From positions 4,512,001-4,576,000 of the forward strand of contig OZ244170.1 in assembly GCA_965216565.1 (NCBI GenBank): 64,000 bases of DNA. Direction: 5' to 3'. This DNA is from Bythopirellula sp. (lineage in GTDB: Bacteria; Planctomycetota; Planctomycetia; Pirellulales; Lacipirellulaceae). A program made the position numbers and the translations under genes. The notes beneath the pieces were generated by a model. That model did not search any database. It had not been told where the DNA came from and worked only from the letters and a program-made list of their open reading frames with translations. This document shows positions 1 to 11,806 of this stretch, in pieces; position 1 is the stretch's first letter; each line of letters begins with the position of its first letter.

Positions 1-1
1 C

Positions 2-382
2 GAATACCTGGTCGAAGCCCCAACGCTAGATAGTCCCCAGGCCGAGCCCAAGTGGGATAAGTCCCCGAAGCATGCGTTACCGCTCTTCGATAACGTGCCT
101 AATGAGATGTCTGCCTCCTACAATCCCTATCTGGGCAAACATGTCGCGATTCATGTTTGGGGCCGAGAGAACAAATTGGTGATCCGCACCGCACCGGAAA
201 TCTACGGACCCTGGAGCGAGCCAGAGGTGTTCTTCGAGCCACCTCGCCTCGGCGAAGCAGATCTATTTACCGCGGGGAAGGAACATCCCGAGATGCGACA
301 AGCTAACGGCAAAAAGGTCTATGTGACTTATGTGAATTCAGCGCAATATATCCCAGTATTACTAGAAGTAACCCTGCGTTAG
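2..382 (+). CDS. DUF4185-family protein (GH183-like beta-propeller), 5'-truncated by the window edge
   Basis: The frame is open from base 2 (EYLVEAPT...). The C-terminal pattern 'EMSASYNPYLGK...IRTAPEIYGPWSEP...HPE...YVTY' resembles DUF4185 C-termini. Only about 126 aa are visible. Confidence 0.6.
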   Translation, partial: EYLVEAPTLDSPQAEPKWDKSPKHALPLFDNVPNEMSASYNPYLGKHVAIHVWGRENKLVIRTAPEIYGPWSEPEVFFEPPRLGEADLFTAGKEHPEMRQANGKKVYVTYVNSAQYIPVLLEVTLR

Positions 383-642
383 ATGTCTTGAGTCATAAGC
401 TGCGAGTTTAAATAGATCGATCATTTCAAGGGTGTTTTTAGAGTCTTTCTAATTCCATTAGAACACGTTAGTTGCTAATTTGTATTCTATAGGCCGGGGC
501 TCCCGCTGCATCACTTTTCCGTGCAGAGCGACAAGAGTTGGCTAGCGATTACAATGGCCAATCGGCTGAACCCTATATTTTTTATCTTCTTATTTAGTCC
601 TTTTCCTTATTCGATCGACGTGAGTCCGAGAGGAGATTTGCG

Positions 643-1758
643 ATGCGTACACCGCGTTCCGCAACAACTCGTGCGTTCACTCTTGTAGAGTTATTGGTGG
701 TAATTTCCATCATTGGGGTCTTGGTTTCCTTGTTGCTTCCTGCGGTCCAGGCAGCTCGAGAGGCGGCCCGGCGCGCGCAATGTTTGAACCATTTACGGCA
801 AATGGGCCTTGGTGCCCTCAATCACGAGTCGGGGCACAAGATTCTCCCAGGAGCTGGCTGGGCCCCATGGTTGGCGGGCGACCCCGATCGAGGCGTTGGG
901 CGCGACCAACCTGGGAGCTGGATCTACCAATTGCTGCCTTATGTGGAATACCAAAATGTGTACGACCTTCCCTCCGACGGGGATGCGTTGAATTATCGTA
1001 CGACTACCCAACGAGAAGCCACGAAACAGATGTTGGAGACACCGATCTCTATATTCAATTGCCCCTCGCGCAGACCCGCAGCTTTGTATCCTTGGGATGA
1101 TACATTGCCCAGCCTTTTCAACGTGATCAATGCTGATCCTTCGGAGGCCACGGCTCATAGTGACTACGCTGGCAATGCAGGAGATGCGTTTCCCGATGAA
1201 GGTTTAAATGGTGGGCTGCTCGACTTCTTTTTTAGGAGCCAAGAGTGCGGAAACAAAGGCCCTGATGACTTTGCAGAAGTTTTTCCTCCGCGACCATCGG
1301 CCGGCAAGTACACAAGAGTTGATGAACAGTTCTGCTGGCCCTCCGAGGATACACAAACGGGAGTTTGCTTCTTGGGCGCTGAAATGAGGCTTGTGGAAAT
1401 CACCGATGGCACCTCAAATACTTTCTTGTTTGGCGAAAAAGGCATGAATTCCGCGCTGTACGACACAGGCACAGATGGCGGCGACAACCAGTCTATGTAT
1501 TGCGGTTGGGATTGGGATGTGAATCGCTGGGGAGGTGGGCCTCGTTTTGATCTTGGTCTCGAATCGGCATTCATTCCCAAGCCAGATCAAGCGAACAACG
1601 ATCTAGATACTTGGCTTACCTGGGGGAGTTCCCATCCGGGCGGTTATCTGGTTGTATTATGCGATGGTTCCTCAACTTTCATTAGCTATGATCTGGATAC
1701 TAGGGCACTGGCTAATTTTTGTAACCGTTTTGATGGTGACGTCTCCAACGGAAACTGA
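643..1758 (+). CDS. DUF1559 (SBP_bac_10) prepilin-type N-terminal cleavage/methylation protein
   Basis: Motifs AFTLVELLVVISIIGVLVSLLLPAVQAAREAARRAQC, FNCPSRR, ITDGTSNT and HPGG...CDGS (H-X9-DG). An AGGAG ribosome-binding site lies at 631. Confidence 0.95.
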   Translation: MRTPRSATTRAFTLVELLVVISIIGVLVSLLLPAVQAAREAARRAQCLNHLRQMGLGALNHESGHKILPGAGWAPWLAGDPDRGVGRDQPGSWIYQLLPYVEYQNVYDLPSDGDALNYRTTTQREATKQMLETPISIFNCPSRRPAALYPWDDTLPSLFNVINADPSEATAHSDYAGNAGDAFPDEGLNGGLLDFFFRSQECGNKGPDDFAEVFPPRPSAGKYTRVDEQFCWPSEDTQTGVCFLGAEMRLVEITDGTSNTFLFGEKGMNSALYDTGTDGGDNQSMYCGWDWDVNRWGGGPRFDLGLESAFIPKPDQANNDLDTWLTWGSSHPGGYLVVLCDGSSTFISYDLDTRALANFCNRFDGDVSNGN

Positions 1759-1844
1759 ATGGGTCTTTCATCGGATAGGAATGCAAATTGATGCTTGCAG
1801 ATAAGTTCCAAAGGTTCTCAAAGATAGTTGGTCAGTTTCCTGTG

Positions 1845-2456
1845 ATGCGGCGTAAAGCGACCTTGCTGGCAATGCTCTATGCCATCTGCCTGGGCTGCAG
1901 TAGTGGCCCTCCTGCTTTGCGGCCCCCTGAGCTTGACGCCCAAGAGGCAGCCGATAAGGCCATTGAGCTCTACGATGGGAACGGTGACGGGATTCTTTCT
2001 AAGGATGAGCTGAAGGCAAGCCCGGGGCTTTTAGCGGCAATGGAAACTTATGATACCGATGGTGACAAAAGCATATCGCGTGAGGAAGTGGCCCAGCGTC
2101 TGCAGAAATTTGTTGACCGCGAAGCTGCCTTAACGGGATTGATTGCAACCGTGCGAATGGATGGTAAACCAATCGTTGGTGCCAAAGTTTCTCTCATCCC
2201 CGAGGAATTTCTTGGCGAAGGTATTAAGCCAGCCTCGGGAACCAGCCAGAAACGAGGGGCTTGTAGAGTTGCCATTGCCAACGAGGATTTGCCGGAGGCA
2301 CAGAAGGGCATGCGTGGAATTCACTATGGCACGTATCGTGTCGAAATTACTCATCCAGATCACGACATTCCTGCCAAGTTCAATACCGAAACCACTCTCG
2401 GCTACGATACCAAGCCAGGGAGCTCTAGTGCCACATTCAATGTGAGTTCTCGCTAG
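1845..2456 (+). CDS. Lipoprotein with an EF-hand pair and a carboxypeptidase-regulatory-like (Ig/transthyretin-like) domain; usual partner of DUF1559 genes
   Basis: Lipobox-like ICLGC follows the basic start MRRK. Two EF-hand loops: DGNGDGILSKDE and DTDGDKSISREE. Also V.MDGKP..GA.V.L.P, G.YRVEI and IPAKFN.ETTL. The ORF track start is 1788; I prefer the ATG at 1845. Confidence 0.8.
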   Translation: MRRKATLLAMLYAICLGCSSGPPALRPPELDAQEAADKAIELYDGNGDGILSKDELKASPGLLAAMETYDTDGDKSISREEVAQRLQKFVDREAALTGLIATVRMDGKPIVGAKVSLIPEEFLGEGIKPASGTSQKRGACRVAIANEDLPEAQKGMRGIHYGTYRVEITHPDHDIPAKFNTETTLGYDTKPGSSSATFNVSSR

Positions 2457-2610
2457 CCATTCTTCACAGTTCAAAGCTGCGACGGATTTGTTCATTGATT
2501 GCTGTTCCGCTAGGGCTTAGACTCTCCATTGTCTGGGTCACAGTTCGTCTCTACCAAGCGAGTTTAGAGCGGTAGAGGACTCTGGCATTGAGCAAGCTCT
2601 CTAACAATGA

Positions 2611-4211
<1,601 letters not shown>

Positions 4212-4266
4212 GGGCACGACCGTTCGATAGTAGCCTTCTATTTGCCTAGTCACTGCGACACGGCAC

Positions 4267-5667
4267 CTAGGCGTATTCGCGCTCGATCTCTTCCAGAGAA
4301 CGTTGTGCAGTTTCTGGCATCAACTTCCAGACGACCAAGAGCTGGGGAACAAGGATCGCTGCGAATAGGAAGAACGTCTTGGACGGGCCCAAGTTGTCCC
4401 GCAGGAAGGGAAAGAACTGCCCCACCAAGGTGTCCGCTGCCCACATTGAGAGAATGACGACCGACATGGCATGAGAGCGGATATTTGTCGGGAAAATCTC
4501 AGAGGCAAATATAAACTTGATTGGCCCCAGTGAAAAAGCAAAGAAGGCGACAAAGCCACACATCAAAACAATCAGCATGGTACTCGGCGCAGACTCGCCA
4601 AACATACTGCCGATGCCAATCAAGCAGGCAATCGCGCCCAGCGTACCAACTTGCAGCAGAATTCGTCGGCCAAGCTTGTCGACAAACCACATGGCAACCA
4701 GGGTAAATATGAGGTTGAAAAACCCAATGACCGCGGTGCCGCTCAGGGCGCTCTCTTCTTTGAATCCGGACTCAGCAAGAAGCGTGGTTCCATAGTAGAA
4801 AACCACGTTGATACCGCTAAACTGTGCGAATACCGCCAGTGAAATAGCCACGAGCAGACGCGTTCTGTATTTGGGGTCGAGTAAGTCGGCGAAGCTCTTT
4901 TCGGTCTCTTTCTCCTCCGCAATTGTCTTGCGAATCTCTTCAAACTCGCTCTCGGCACCAACGGAGAAGATCCGAGAGAGAACTTTTTTTGCATCGTCGA
5001 AGCGACCCACTTTTGTCAGCCACCTTGGGCTCTCGGGAAGCGTCGCTGCGAGCACGAGAAATAGAATCCCGGGAATTAGTTCCGCGGAGAACATCCCACG
5101 CCAGAGCTCATCGACCAAAATCCAACGAAGAAAACTCTCTTCCGCCAAATCATCCGCCAAGGCTTGCGAAGCACGGTGCATCCCATAGTTGTTGAATAGT
5201 GCGGCCATAATTCCGACTGTGATCGCAAATTGAAATACTGTGACTAAGCGTCCGCGCACCTGGGTTGGTGAAATTTCCGAGATGTACAGCGGGCAGACCA
5301 TCGCGGCGATGCCGACTCCGATTCCCCCTATCCATCTAGCCAGAATGAGCAACTCGATACCTGGCGCAAGTCCGCTGCCCCCTGCCGAGACAAGCATTAA
5401 TGTGGCGGCGAATACTAAGCTAAGGCTTCGTCCCTTGCGATCGCTCAACCAACCCGCCAGAGCCGAACCAATAACCGCTCCGATGAGGCCAGAACTTACG
5501 AAAAGTCCCTCGAGCGTTGAGGACAACTGGAACTGATCTTTTACCGACTGAATGGTCCCAGAGATCACGATCGCATCGAACCCCCAGAGGAAACCACCCA
5601 ATGCCGAGGCGATACAAATGTAAAGCAGGAATGGTAGATGGGCCTTCTGTTCTACTTGATCGTTCAT
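4267..5667 (-). CDS. Sugar porter family MFS transporter (XylE/GalP-like)
   Basis: GGFLWGFD, DRKGR, YISEISP..RG, PESPRWL, QFSGINVVFYY, DKLGRR, SEIFP and PET motifs, with about 12 hydrophobic segments. Confidence 0.95.
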   Translation of the reverse strand: MNDQVEQKAHLPFLLYICIASALGGFLWGFDAIVISGTIQSVKDQFQLSSTLEGLFVSSGLIGAVIGSALAGWLSDRKGRSLSLVFAATLMLVSAGGSGLAPGIELLILARWIGGIGVGIAAMVCPLYISEISPTQVRGRLVTVFQFAITVGIMAALFNNYGMHRASQALADDLAEESFLRWILVDELWRGMFSAELIPGILFLVLAATLPESPRWLTKVGRFDDAKKVLSRIFSVGAESEFEEIRKTIAEEKETEKSFADLLDPKYRTRLLVAISLAVFAQFSGINVVFYYGTTLLAESGFKEESALSGTAVIGFFNLIFTLVAMWFVDKLGRRILLQVGTLGAIACLIGIGSMFGESAPSTMLIVLMCGFVAFFAFSLGPIKFIFASEIFPTNIRSHAMSVVILSMWAADTLVGQFFPFLRDNLGPSKTFFLFAAILVPQLLVVWKLMPETAQRSLEEIEREYA

Positions 5668-5747
5668 AGTCGGGTATCTCGGATATTTGTTGGTTGAATC
5701 GGAGGATTGATGGCTTGCGTGCGGATGTGCTTATTTTGTCAGTATAC

Positions 5748-7517
5748 CTAGGTCCGTACGAAGGCTTTGATCGTAGCACATTCTTCGCCACTTCGTTGTT
5801 CCAAAGGGCGGATTCGGTAGGGGCCGACATGAGCCGGCACAATGAACGTCTCGGCGTAGTTTACAGAAAAAGGCTCGAAAGCGTCGGTAGGGCTTTCGAC
5901 CACAGCCTGAGATCCCTGCACCAAGTTCAGTACGTTAACTCCCCCAGCCGTGTCGTGAGAAACAGCCTCTGTAAACCAGTGCCGTCGAGTTTCGATGAAC
6001 TCAGACTCATGCAGTCCTGTTCGTTCCTCTCGCCAGCCTTCGCCTGTTGCCAATGGTTGCACGCAGTTGACCAATTGCTGCTCTGTCCAGGAAGTTGTCC
6101 GCTCCCAATCGATGTTTGCGATGCCGTGATCTAAATGGATGGGACGCGGTCTGCCGTCGAGTCCAAGTCGGCCCCAATCCCACAGCTTGAAGGTAAAGAT
6201 GTAGGGGGTAGCGCTAATCTCCAACACCATCGAGTTAGCGCCAGAACAGTGAACCGTTCCTGCAGGAATGAGGAAATGGTCGTGCTGCTTGGCAGGCCAT
6301 TGGTTGGAGTAGCGGTCTGCGGGAAACTCGCATTCGCCAAGCTGGGCCCGCTGGAGATCTCGGATCAACGCATCTTGGTCGACCCCCTCTTTCAAGCCAA
6401 GGTAGACAGTCGCATCTGGCTTGGCATCGAGTAGGTAGTAGCTCTCGTCCTGTGTGTAGTTCATCCCAAAATGCCGCTGAGCGTACTCCTGAAGCGGATG
6501 CACCTGAAACGAGAGATTGCCGCCCCCCATCGTGTCGAGGAAATCGAAGCGGATCGGAAATTCAGCCCCGAACCGGGCAAAGACCGCCTCACCGAGCAGC
6601 GCCTGCGGGTGCTGGAAAACCAGATTGATTGCCGGCATTTCTACCGTGATATCGCCAAATTGTAGCAGCAGGCTGTTCTCCTCAGGCACACAATCAAAAC
6701 ACCAGCCATAGTTCTCCACGGATCGATCCAAATCGCACACTTCCTTCATCCACTGTCCACCCCACGGGGCGGGGTCGAAAAAGGGAACAACCCGGAAGGG
6801 CCGCGTTGTTGCGTGTTGCAATCCTTCTCGGACCGCGTCGCCTGTTACTAACTTTGGATCAGCTGCTACGTTTGTGTCGAGGTAATAATCCCAACGATCG
6901 ACTAGAGACTGCTTCCAACGATCGGCCACTCGCCAGTCTACGAAATAGGAACGCTTGTATTGAAGCGAGGGTCGCTCTTCGGCATTGTTGGCTCCCAAGT
7001 TGCTCACGACATTACGGCGAGATCGTTGTTGCCACTCCCAACGAGCCAGGTCGGCATAGACGAGAATGTCACCTTGGTGAACTAGTGTTGCACCACTTCC
7101 GACTACATAGATGGTCCCAGATGTGATCGAATCGATTTGTGAGCGTAGTTCCTGTAAGCGCTGTTCATTGAAAAACTCCGGCAAGTTGAGTTCGGTGATG
7201 AATCCAAAGACCGGATCGTCACCACCTAAGAAGGGCTTAGTCAACTGGTCGATTGCGCTAGAATCGAGCATTGCTTGTTCGGTAGGGAGCAACAGCGCCG
7301 GCGTCTCTCGATCTTGAATTGCCCCCAGGATTTCATCGACATCAACACCGGGGTAGCATTCGAGAGCAACAACCGTTCTGGGAGCTGAGCGACGAGAGAT
7401 CGCCTCATTTACAGTTGCCACAACCGCATCCCAGCCACGAACGCAAGCGCCTTCGGTCCCTGGAATTGAGACCGTTGGCTCTTTGTCGTATTTAGGCGAT
7501 GCGGGACCAGTCACCAT
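5748..7517 (-). CDS. Class I mannose-6-phosphate isomerase, long form with an extra N-terminal domain
   Basis: PFFDPAPWGGQW, EFPIRFDFLDT, LSFQVHP, YTQDESYY, IPAGTVHCSG and VLEISATP. The start is probably 7517 (MVTGP), overlapping the ROK stop; the ORF-track extension to 7679 lies inside the ROK gene. Confidence 0.88.
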   Translation of the reverse strand: MVTGPASPKYDKEPTVSIPGTEGACVRGWDAVVATVNEAISRRSAPRTVVALECYPGVDVDEILGAIQDRETPALLLPTEQAMLDSSAIDQLTKPFLGGDDPVFGFITELNLPEFFNEQRLQELRSQIDSITSGTIYVVGSGATLVHQGDILVYADLARWEWQQRSRRNVVSNLGANNAEERPSLQYKRSYFVDWRVADRWKQSLVDRWDYYLDTNVAADPKLVTGDAVREGLQHATTRPFRVVPFFDPAPWGGQWMKEVCDLDRSVENYGWCFDCVPEENSLLLQFGDITVEMPAINLVFQHPQALLGEAVFARFGAEFPIRFDFLDTMGGGNLSFQVHPLQEYAQRHFGMNYTQDESYYLLDAKPDATVYLGLKEGVDQDALIRDLQRAQLGECEFPADRYSNQWPAKQHDHFLIPAGTVHCSGANSMVLEISATPYIFTFKLWDWGRLGLDGRPRPIHLDHGIANIDWERTTSWTEQQLVNCVQPLATGEGWREERTGLHESEFIETRRHWFTEAVSHDTAGGVNVLNLVQGSQAVVESPTDAFEPFSVNYAETFIVPAHVGPYRIRPLEQRSGEECATIKAFVRT

Positions 7518-8454
7518 CCAAGGTTTCCTGACAAAGATGCTGACATCCATACAATGCCGCTTTGTCTTCCAAAGTTCCAGCCACAACGGCGAGATCGGCA
7601 CAAACATTGGCCACTGGTCGTCGTAATCGGGTTGCAATTGCAGGAACAATCGCATCCTGTCTTTGCAGGACTCCGCCACCGAGAATCAGCATGGCTGGAT
7701 CGTAGGCAAGTACCAAGTTGGTTGCGACAGCCGTCCACACATTCAGGCTCTGCTCGATAAGCCGCTTGCTACAAGCATCGCCTTTGTCGGCAAAATCAAA
7801 GAGAGTTTCAAAATCAACATGCTCAATCTCCGACAGTCGACTTTGGGGAAAGTCGGGCTGAGACTTGGCTCGTTCAGTCAGCGTGGCCGTGGAGGCGAGG
7901 TCCTCGGCACAACCGATATTGCCACAGCGGGTGTCGGTAGCATTTAGATCGACCGTCATGTGTCCAAAGGCTGAGCCCGCCCGATTCTGCGCCCCATGAA
8001 GTAGTTTTCCATCGCAGATGGCGGCACACCCAATGCCTGTGCCCAGGGTGATCATGGCGACATCCGTAAGCTCTTTGCCGACACCATGTTTCCACTCTCC
8101 AAGTAGAGCCATGCGGACGTCGTTCTCAATCACGATTGGTAGACCTAAGGATTGGGAAGACCATTCGGCAAAATTAATCTCATCAGCCCCGGGGAACTTC
8201 CCAAAATCGCCATGCACTCGGCATTCGCGCCTGTCGATCAAGAAGGGTAAGGAGAGGCCCACGCCATCGGCCTCGGAGATCATTAGGCTGCACGACTCGA
8301 GCAGCTCCTGCCATTGTTGGCTGATTGCCTCAAGCCTGGAAAGCATAGGCTGGTCAGACTCTGCAGGAATCGATTTGCTCGCGGCTAGACTCCCTTCAAT
8401 GAACACTCCCAACTTAATCGTTGTGCCGCCTACGTCCGCCGCGAGATAGATCAC
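7492..8454 (-). CDS. ROK family sugar kinase
   Basis: DVGGT ATP-binding motif, ENDVRMA..GE, TLGTGIG, CGNIGCAE and LGGG. No N-terminal HTH. Confidence 0.9.
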   Translation of the reverse strand: MIYLAADVGGTTIKLGVFIEGSLAASKSIPAESDQPMLSRLEAISQQWQELLESCSLMISEADGVGLSLPFLIDRRECRVHGDFGKFPGADEINFAEWSSQSLGLPIVIENDVRMALLGEWKHGVGKELTDVAMITLGTGIGCAAICDGKLLHGAQNRAGSAFGHMTVDLNATDTRCGNIGCAEDLASTATLTERAKSQPDFPQSRLSEIEHVDFETLFDFADKGDACSKRLIEQSLNVWTAVATNLVLAYDPAMLILGGGVLQRQDAIVPAIATRLRRPVANVCADLAVVAGTLEDKAALYGCQHLCQETLDGDWSRIA

Positions 8455-8626
8455 TGATTTTACCTCTTGCTCTGGGACGAAGGGATGGAATGAAACAATC
8501 GAGGTTTAGCGGGATGAGGCCGCCTACTCAATTCGTTTGTGCACGATATAGAAAGGAGTCTCACAGACAAATCAATCAGGAAGTCAGACAGCCTGTTGTA
8601 AGAATCCAGATAGAAAAGCCATATCT

Positions 8627-8655
8627 ATTTTCCATCGAGTCAAATTGACTGTCAA
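8627..8655 (-). promoter_or_regulatory. Candidate sigma70 promoter for the ROK-MPI-MFS operon, with an overlapping palindromic operator
   Basis: The minus strand reads TTGACA (8655-8650), 17 nt, GAAAAT (8632-8627). Perfect palindromes AGTCAA-A-TTGACT (8638-8650) and TTGAC-T-GTCAA (8645-8655) overlap it. Confidence 0.45.
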
Positions 8656-8968
8656 GGTAACAGCTTGGATTCAATTGGCCTGGATGCGAAGTGTCATTCG
8701 CCACAAGGGCGCCTCGCAGGGGTCTGATGCATTGCGAGTTAGGCTACGACATTTAGCCGACCAGCGAATTGCTGTATCATTTCCAGCTAGAAATCGCTTG
8801 CGAAGTCGCCGCTGGCCATCATAGAAAACTACAATGTGCGGTTGTCCAAAGCTACTCAGTACTAAATCCGATCGCCTTCGATTGAAGTCTTAGCCGGTCA
8901 CGAGGTGCAGAATGTTATTGAGTTACCGTCGCCTTGCCGTTTAGCCAGCCCGTTAGAAGTGAATTGGA

Positions 8969-11725
8969 ATGTGGATAATGACTCCTCTCAGCAGAACGGT
9001 TTCATGGCGATTGATGTTGGCGATTGGGCTCGCATTGTGGATTTCTCGTGACGTTCAGGCAGCGACGAATATTGCTCCATTGGCAACTGTCGATGCGTCC
9101 GGGGAGAACCCCGCTGCCGTGGTCGACGGAATCAAACAGAAGTCGGGTGAGGGGGAATGGATCGGAGATAGCCCTAATCTTTGGTTTGGGTGGATAGAAT
9201 TTCCTGAGCTGAAAATCTCTTGGTACGAACCACAACAGATTAACAAGATTGTTCTATACGATCGTCCCAGCGACGACGAGCATTTGGCAGCGTGCTTGAT
9301 CAAGTTTGATGATGGTTCAGAGGTGAACGTCTGGGCTATCCCCAACGATGGTTCCCCGCGGACGGTTGTCTTTGAACCTCGAACTGTCAATGGCTTTACC
9401 ATCATTCCTGTCGACGGCATCGGCTGGAATATTGGTCTATCGGAGGTCGAGGTCTACCACGAACCGTCGGCCCAGCCTGAGTTCGCCGCAAACAAAGAGT
9501 TTACGGACTATGTTTCTTATGTCGATCCGACAATCGAAACGGGTCGAGGCCGTTGGTTCTTTTGCACCCCGGGCAGCCGCCCCTTCGGCATGGTTAGCGC
9601 CTCGGCTTATACGCGCAACAAGAATCAAGGCGGCGGTGGCTACAACTACAACAGCACCGAGATTCTTGGCTTCGCCCAAATTCATGCCTGGATTATGTCG
9701 GGTGTGAACATCATGCCCACCATGGGAGATGTGAATCCTAATCGTGGCGAGCAGGAATGGAAGTCGTCGTTCTCTCACGAAACGGAAGTCATCGAACCGG
9801 GCTATCACAAGCTATTTCTCGATCGTTACCAGACTCAGGTGGAGTACACATCGACAGATCGTGTTGCGTTTTACCGATTGAGCCATGAAAAGGGCGGAGC
9901 TTCTAAACTCTTGCTTTCGTTGGGGGGATTCCTCGGTTCGATTAGTTGCGTCGATGGCAAAGCGAGGCTAGTCAGCGAGACCCGTATCGAAGGGTCGCAT
10001 GGAATGACCGACCGACTTTGGGGAGGGCCTCAACTTTCGCACGTCTATTTTGTTCTCGACATCGATCGTCCGATTGCGCGCATGGATGGCTGGAAAGGAT
10101 CCGCAAAAAGCCTCGAAGATATTACCAGTTTCGAAAATGAAATCCCTGCGGGAAGGCTACAAGATACGGAAGAGGGCAGGCAAAAATACTTGTTCAAGAA
10201 TTTGCCTGAAGAACAGGCGGGAGTCTCCCTGGCTTACGACGCAAAGGCAGGTGATGTGGTCCAAGTGAAGATTGGCATTTCATTTACTAGTATCGAAAAC
10301 GCCCGCAAAAATCTCGAGGCAGAGTGCAATCATTGGAATTTCGATCAGGTCCGACATGACGCCCGCCAGCAGTGGAATTCTTGGCTAGGACGGATTGATG
10401 TCAAAGGCGGCGAACTGCAGACGCGTGTGAAGTTCTATACCGATCTTTGGCATGTGTTGTTGGGGCGTCACAAGATTGATGACGTCAGCGGTGATTACCC
10501 GAGCTACATGGGCAAGGAGAGAATCAGAACTTTGCCAAAGGATGCGGACGGCAAACCGCGGTTTCATATGTACAACTCCGACAGCCTGTGGCTATCGATG
10601 TGGAACATCAATATTCTTTGGGGATTGGCCTGGCCAGAAATGCTGGACGATTTCTCGGCTTCGCTCTTGGAATACGCTTCGGTGGGGGGCTATTTACCAC
10701 GCGGTCCGTGTGCAGGTGGATACACAGGCATCATGACAGGCTGCCCTGCGACAAGCTTGATTGCGGCCACTTGGCAGAAAGGGCTCCTCACGAAGGCGGA
10801 TGAGATGGACGCTTATGCCGCTATCAAGAAGAGTCATCCCATTCAGATCGAAGGCGATGCAACCGAGCCAGGGATCCTCGTTCAAGGTGCTTTCGAATAC
10901 TGGGCCCTGGCCCAAATGGCTGAAGAACTTGGCAAACACGAAGATGCCGAATCGTACGAAGACTGGATCAACGGCTGGAAACAGTGTTTTCATCCAGAGC
11001 AGAAACTGCTTTTCGCTCGAGACAAGAAAGATCCGAGTCGGTGGGCTACCGACGATCCTTTGAGCGGAAAAGGATGGGTGGAAGCGAACGCTTGGCAGGG
11101 AACTTTCGGGTTATCGCACGACATCCGCGGCTTAGCCAAGATGATGGGGGGACCCAAACCACTTGCTGAGAAGTTGAACTATGCCTTCCAGCAGGCCGCC
11201 CCCTCGCATTTTGTGTACACCTATGGCGGTGGTTTTGTTAGCTACGCCAATCAACCTGGATGCTCAAACGCCCATGTTTTCAATCATGCAGGTTCACCTT
11301 GGCTGAGCCAATACTGGGTTCGCCGTGTTAGTCGGCAAGCTTACGGTGGGACCAATCCCAATGAAGGGTATGGGGGGCACGACGAAGATCAGGGCCAAAT
11401 GGGTGGGGTAAGTGCATTGATGAAGTTGGGGCTATTCAGCTTGCGTGGAAACTGTTCGCAGGACCCTATCTATGAACTGACAGCTCCAGAATTCGAAGAG
11501 ATCACGATCCAATTGGACTCCAAATACTACCCGGGCAAATCGTTTCGTATTAAGTCTCATGATGTCACGGAAGAGAACTGCTATATCCAGCACGCTGAAC
11601 TCAATGGCCAGCCACTAACGAAATGCTGGATCTACCACGACGAGTTCGCCGAAGGGGGGCTTTTAGAATTGTGGTTAGGCGATGAGCCCAATAAATCGTG
11701 GGGGATATCCCCAGCACCGAACTGA
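8969..11725 (+). CDS. GH92 family alpha-mannosidase with an N-terminal discoidin/CBM32-like domain, secreted
   Basis: Signal peptide ending VQA-A. N-terminal NIAPLATVDAS...INKIVLYDRP domain. YVDPTI, PFGMV, GISFTSIENARKNL, WVEANAWQ, NQP...H, DEDQGQMG and YIQHAELNG. Confidence 0.9.
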   Translation: MWIMTPLSRTVSWRLMLAIGLALWISRDVQAATNIAPLATVDASGENPAAVVDGIKQKSGEGEWIGDSPNLWFGWIEFPELKISWYEPQQINKIVLYDRPSDDEHLAACLIKFDDGSEVNVWAIPNDGSPRTVVFEPRTVNGFTIIPVDGIGWNIGLSEVEVYHEPSAQPEFAANKEFTDYVSYVDPTIETGRGRWFFCTPGSRPFGMVSASAYTRNKNQGGGGYNYNSTEILGFAQIHAWIMSGVNIMPTMGDVNPNRGEQEWKSSFSHETEVIEPGYHKLFLDRYQTQVEYTSTDRVAFYRLSHEKGGASKLLLSLGGFLGSISCVDGKARLVSETRIEGSHGMTDRLWGGPQLSHVYFVLDIDRPIARMDGWKGSAKSLEDITSFENEIPAGRLQDTEEGRQKYLFKNLPEEQAGVSLAYDAKAGDVVQVKIGISFTSIENARKNLEAECNHWNFDQVRHDARQQWNSWLGRIDVKGGELQTRVKFYTDLWHVLLGRHKIDDVSGDYPSYMGKERIRTLPKDADGKPRFHMYNSDSLWLSMWNINILWGLAWPEMLDDFSASLLEYASVGGYLPRGPCAGGYTGIMTGCPATSLIAATWQKGLLTKADEMDAYAAIKKSHPIQIEGDATEPGILVQGAFEYWALAQMAEELGKHEDAESYEDWINGWKQCFHPEQKLLFARDKKDPSRWATDDPLSGKGWVEANAWQGTFGLSHDIRGLAKMMGGPKPLAEKLNYAFQQAAPSHFVYTYGGGFVSYANQPGCSNAHVFNHAGSPWLSQYWVRRVSRQAYGGTNPNEGYGGHDEDQGQMGGVSALMKLGLFSLRGNCSQDPIYELTAPEFEEITIQLDSKYYPGKSFRIKSHDVTEENCYIQHAELNGQPLTKCWIYHDEFAEGGLLELWLGDEPNKSWGISPAPN

Positions 11726-11806
11726 TTCTGGCTACAATGTGTGTGCTGTAACCAGATCCAGCTCGCTCCTACTTGTTGTGATGCCTCACTACGCAAGAGT
11801 CACCAG

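Noticed and set aside
7518..7679. N-terminal extension of the MPI ORF (similarly 3591-3665, 41260-41355, 49686-49757, 57829-57915)
   Set aside because: These extensions overlap neighbouring genes or precede better-placed starts, so they are longest-ORF artefacts rather than true overlaps.
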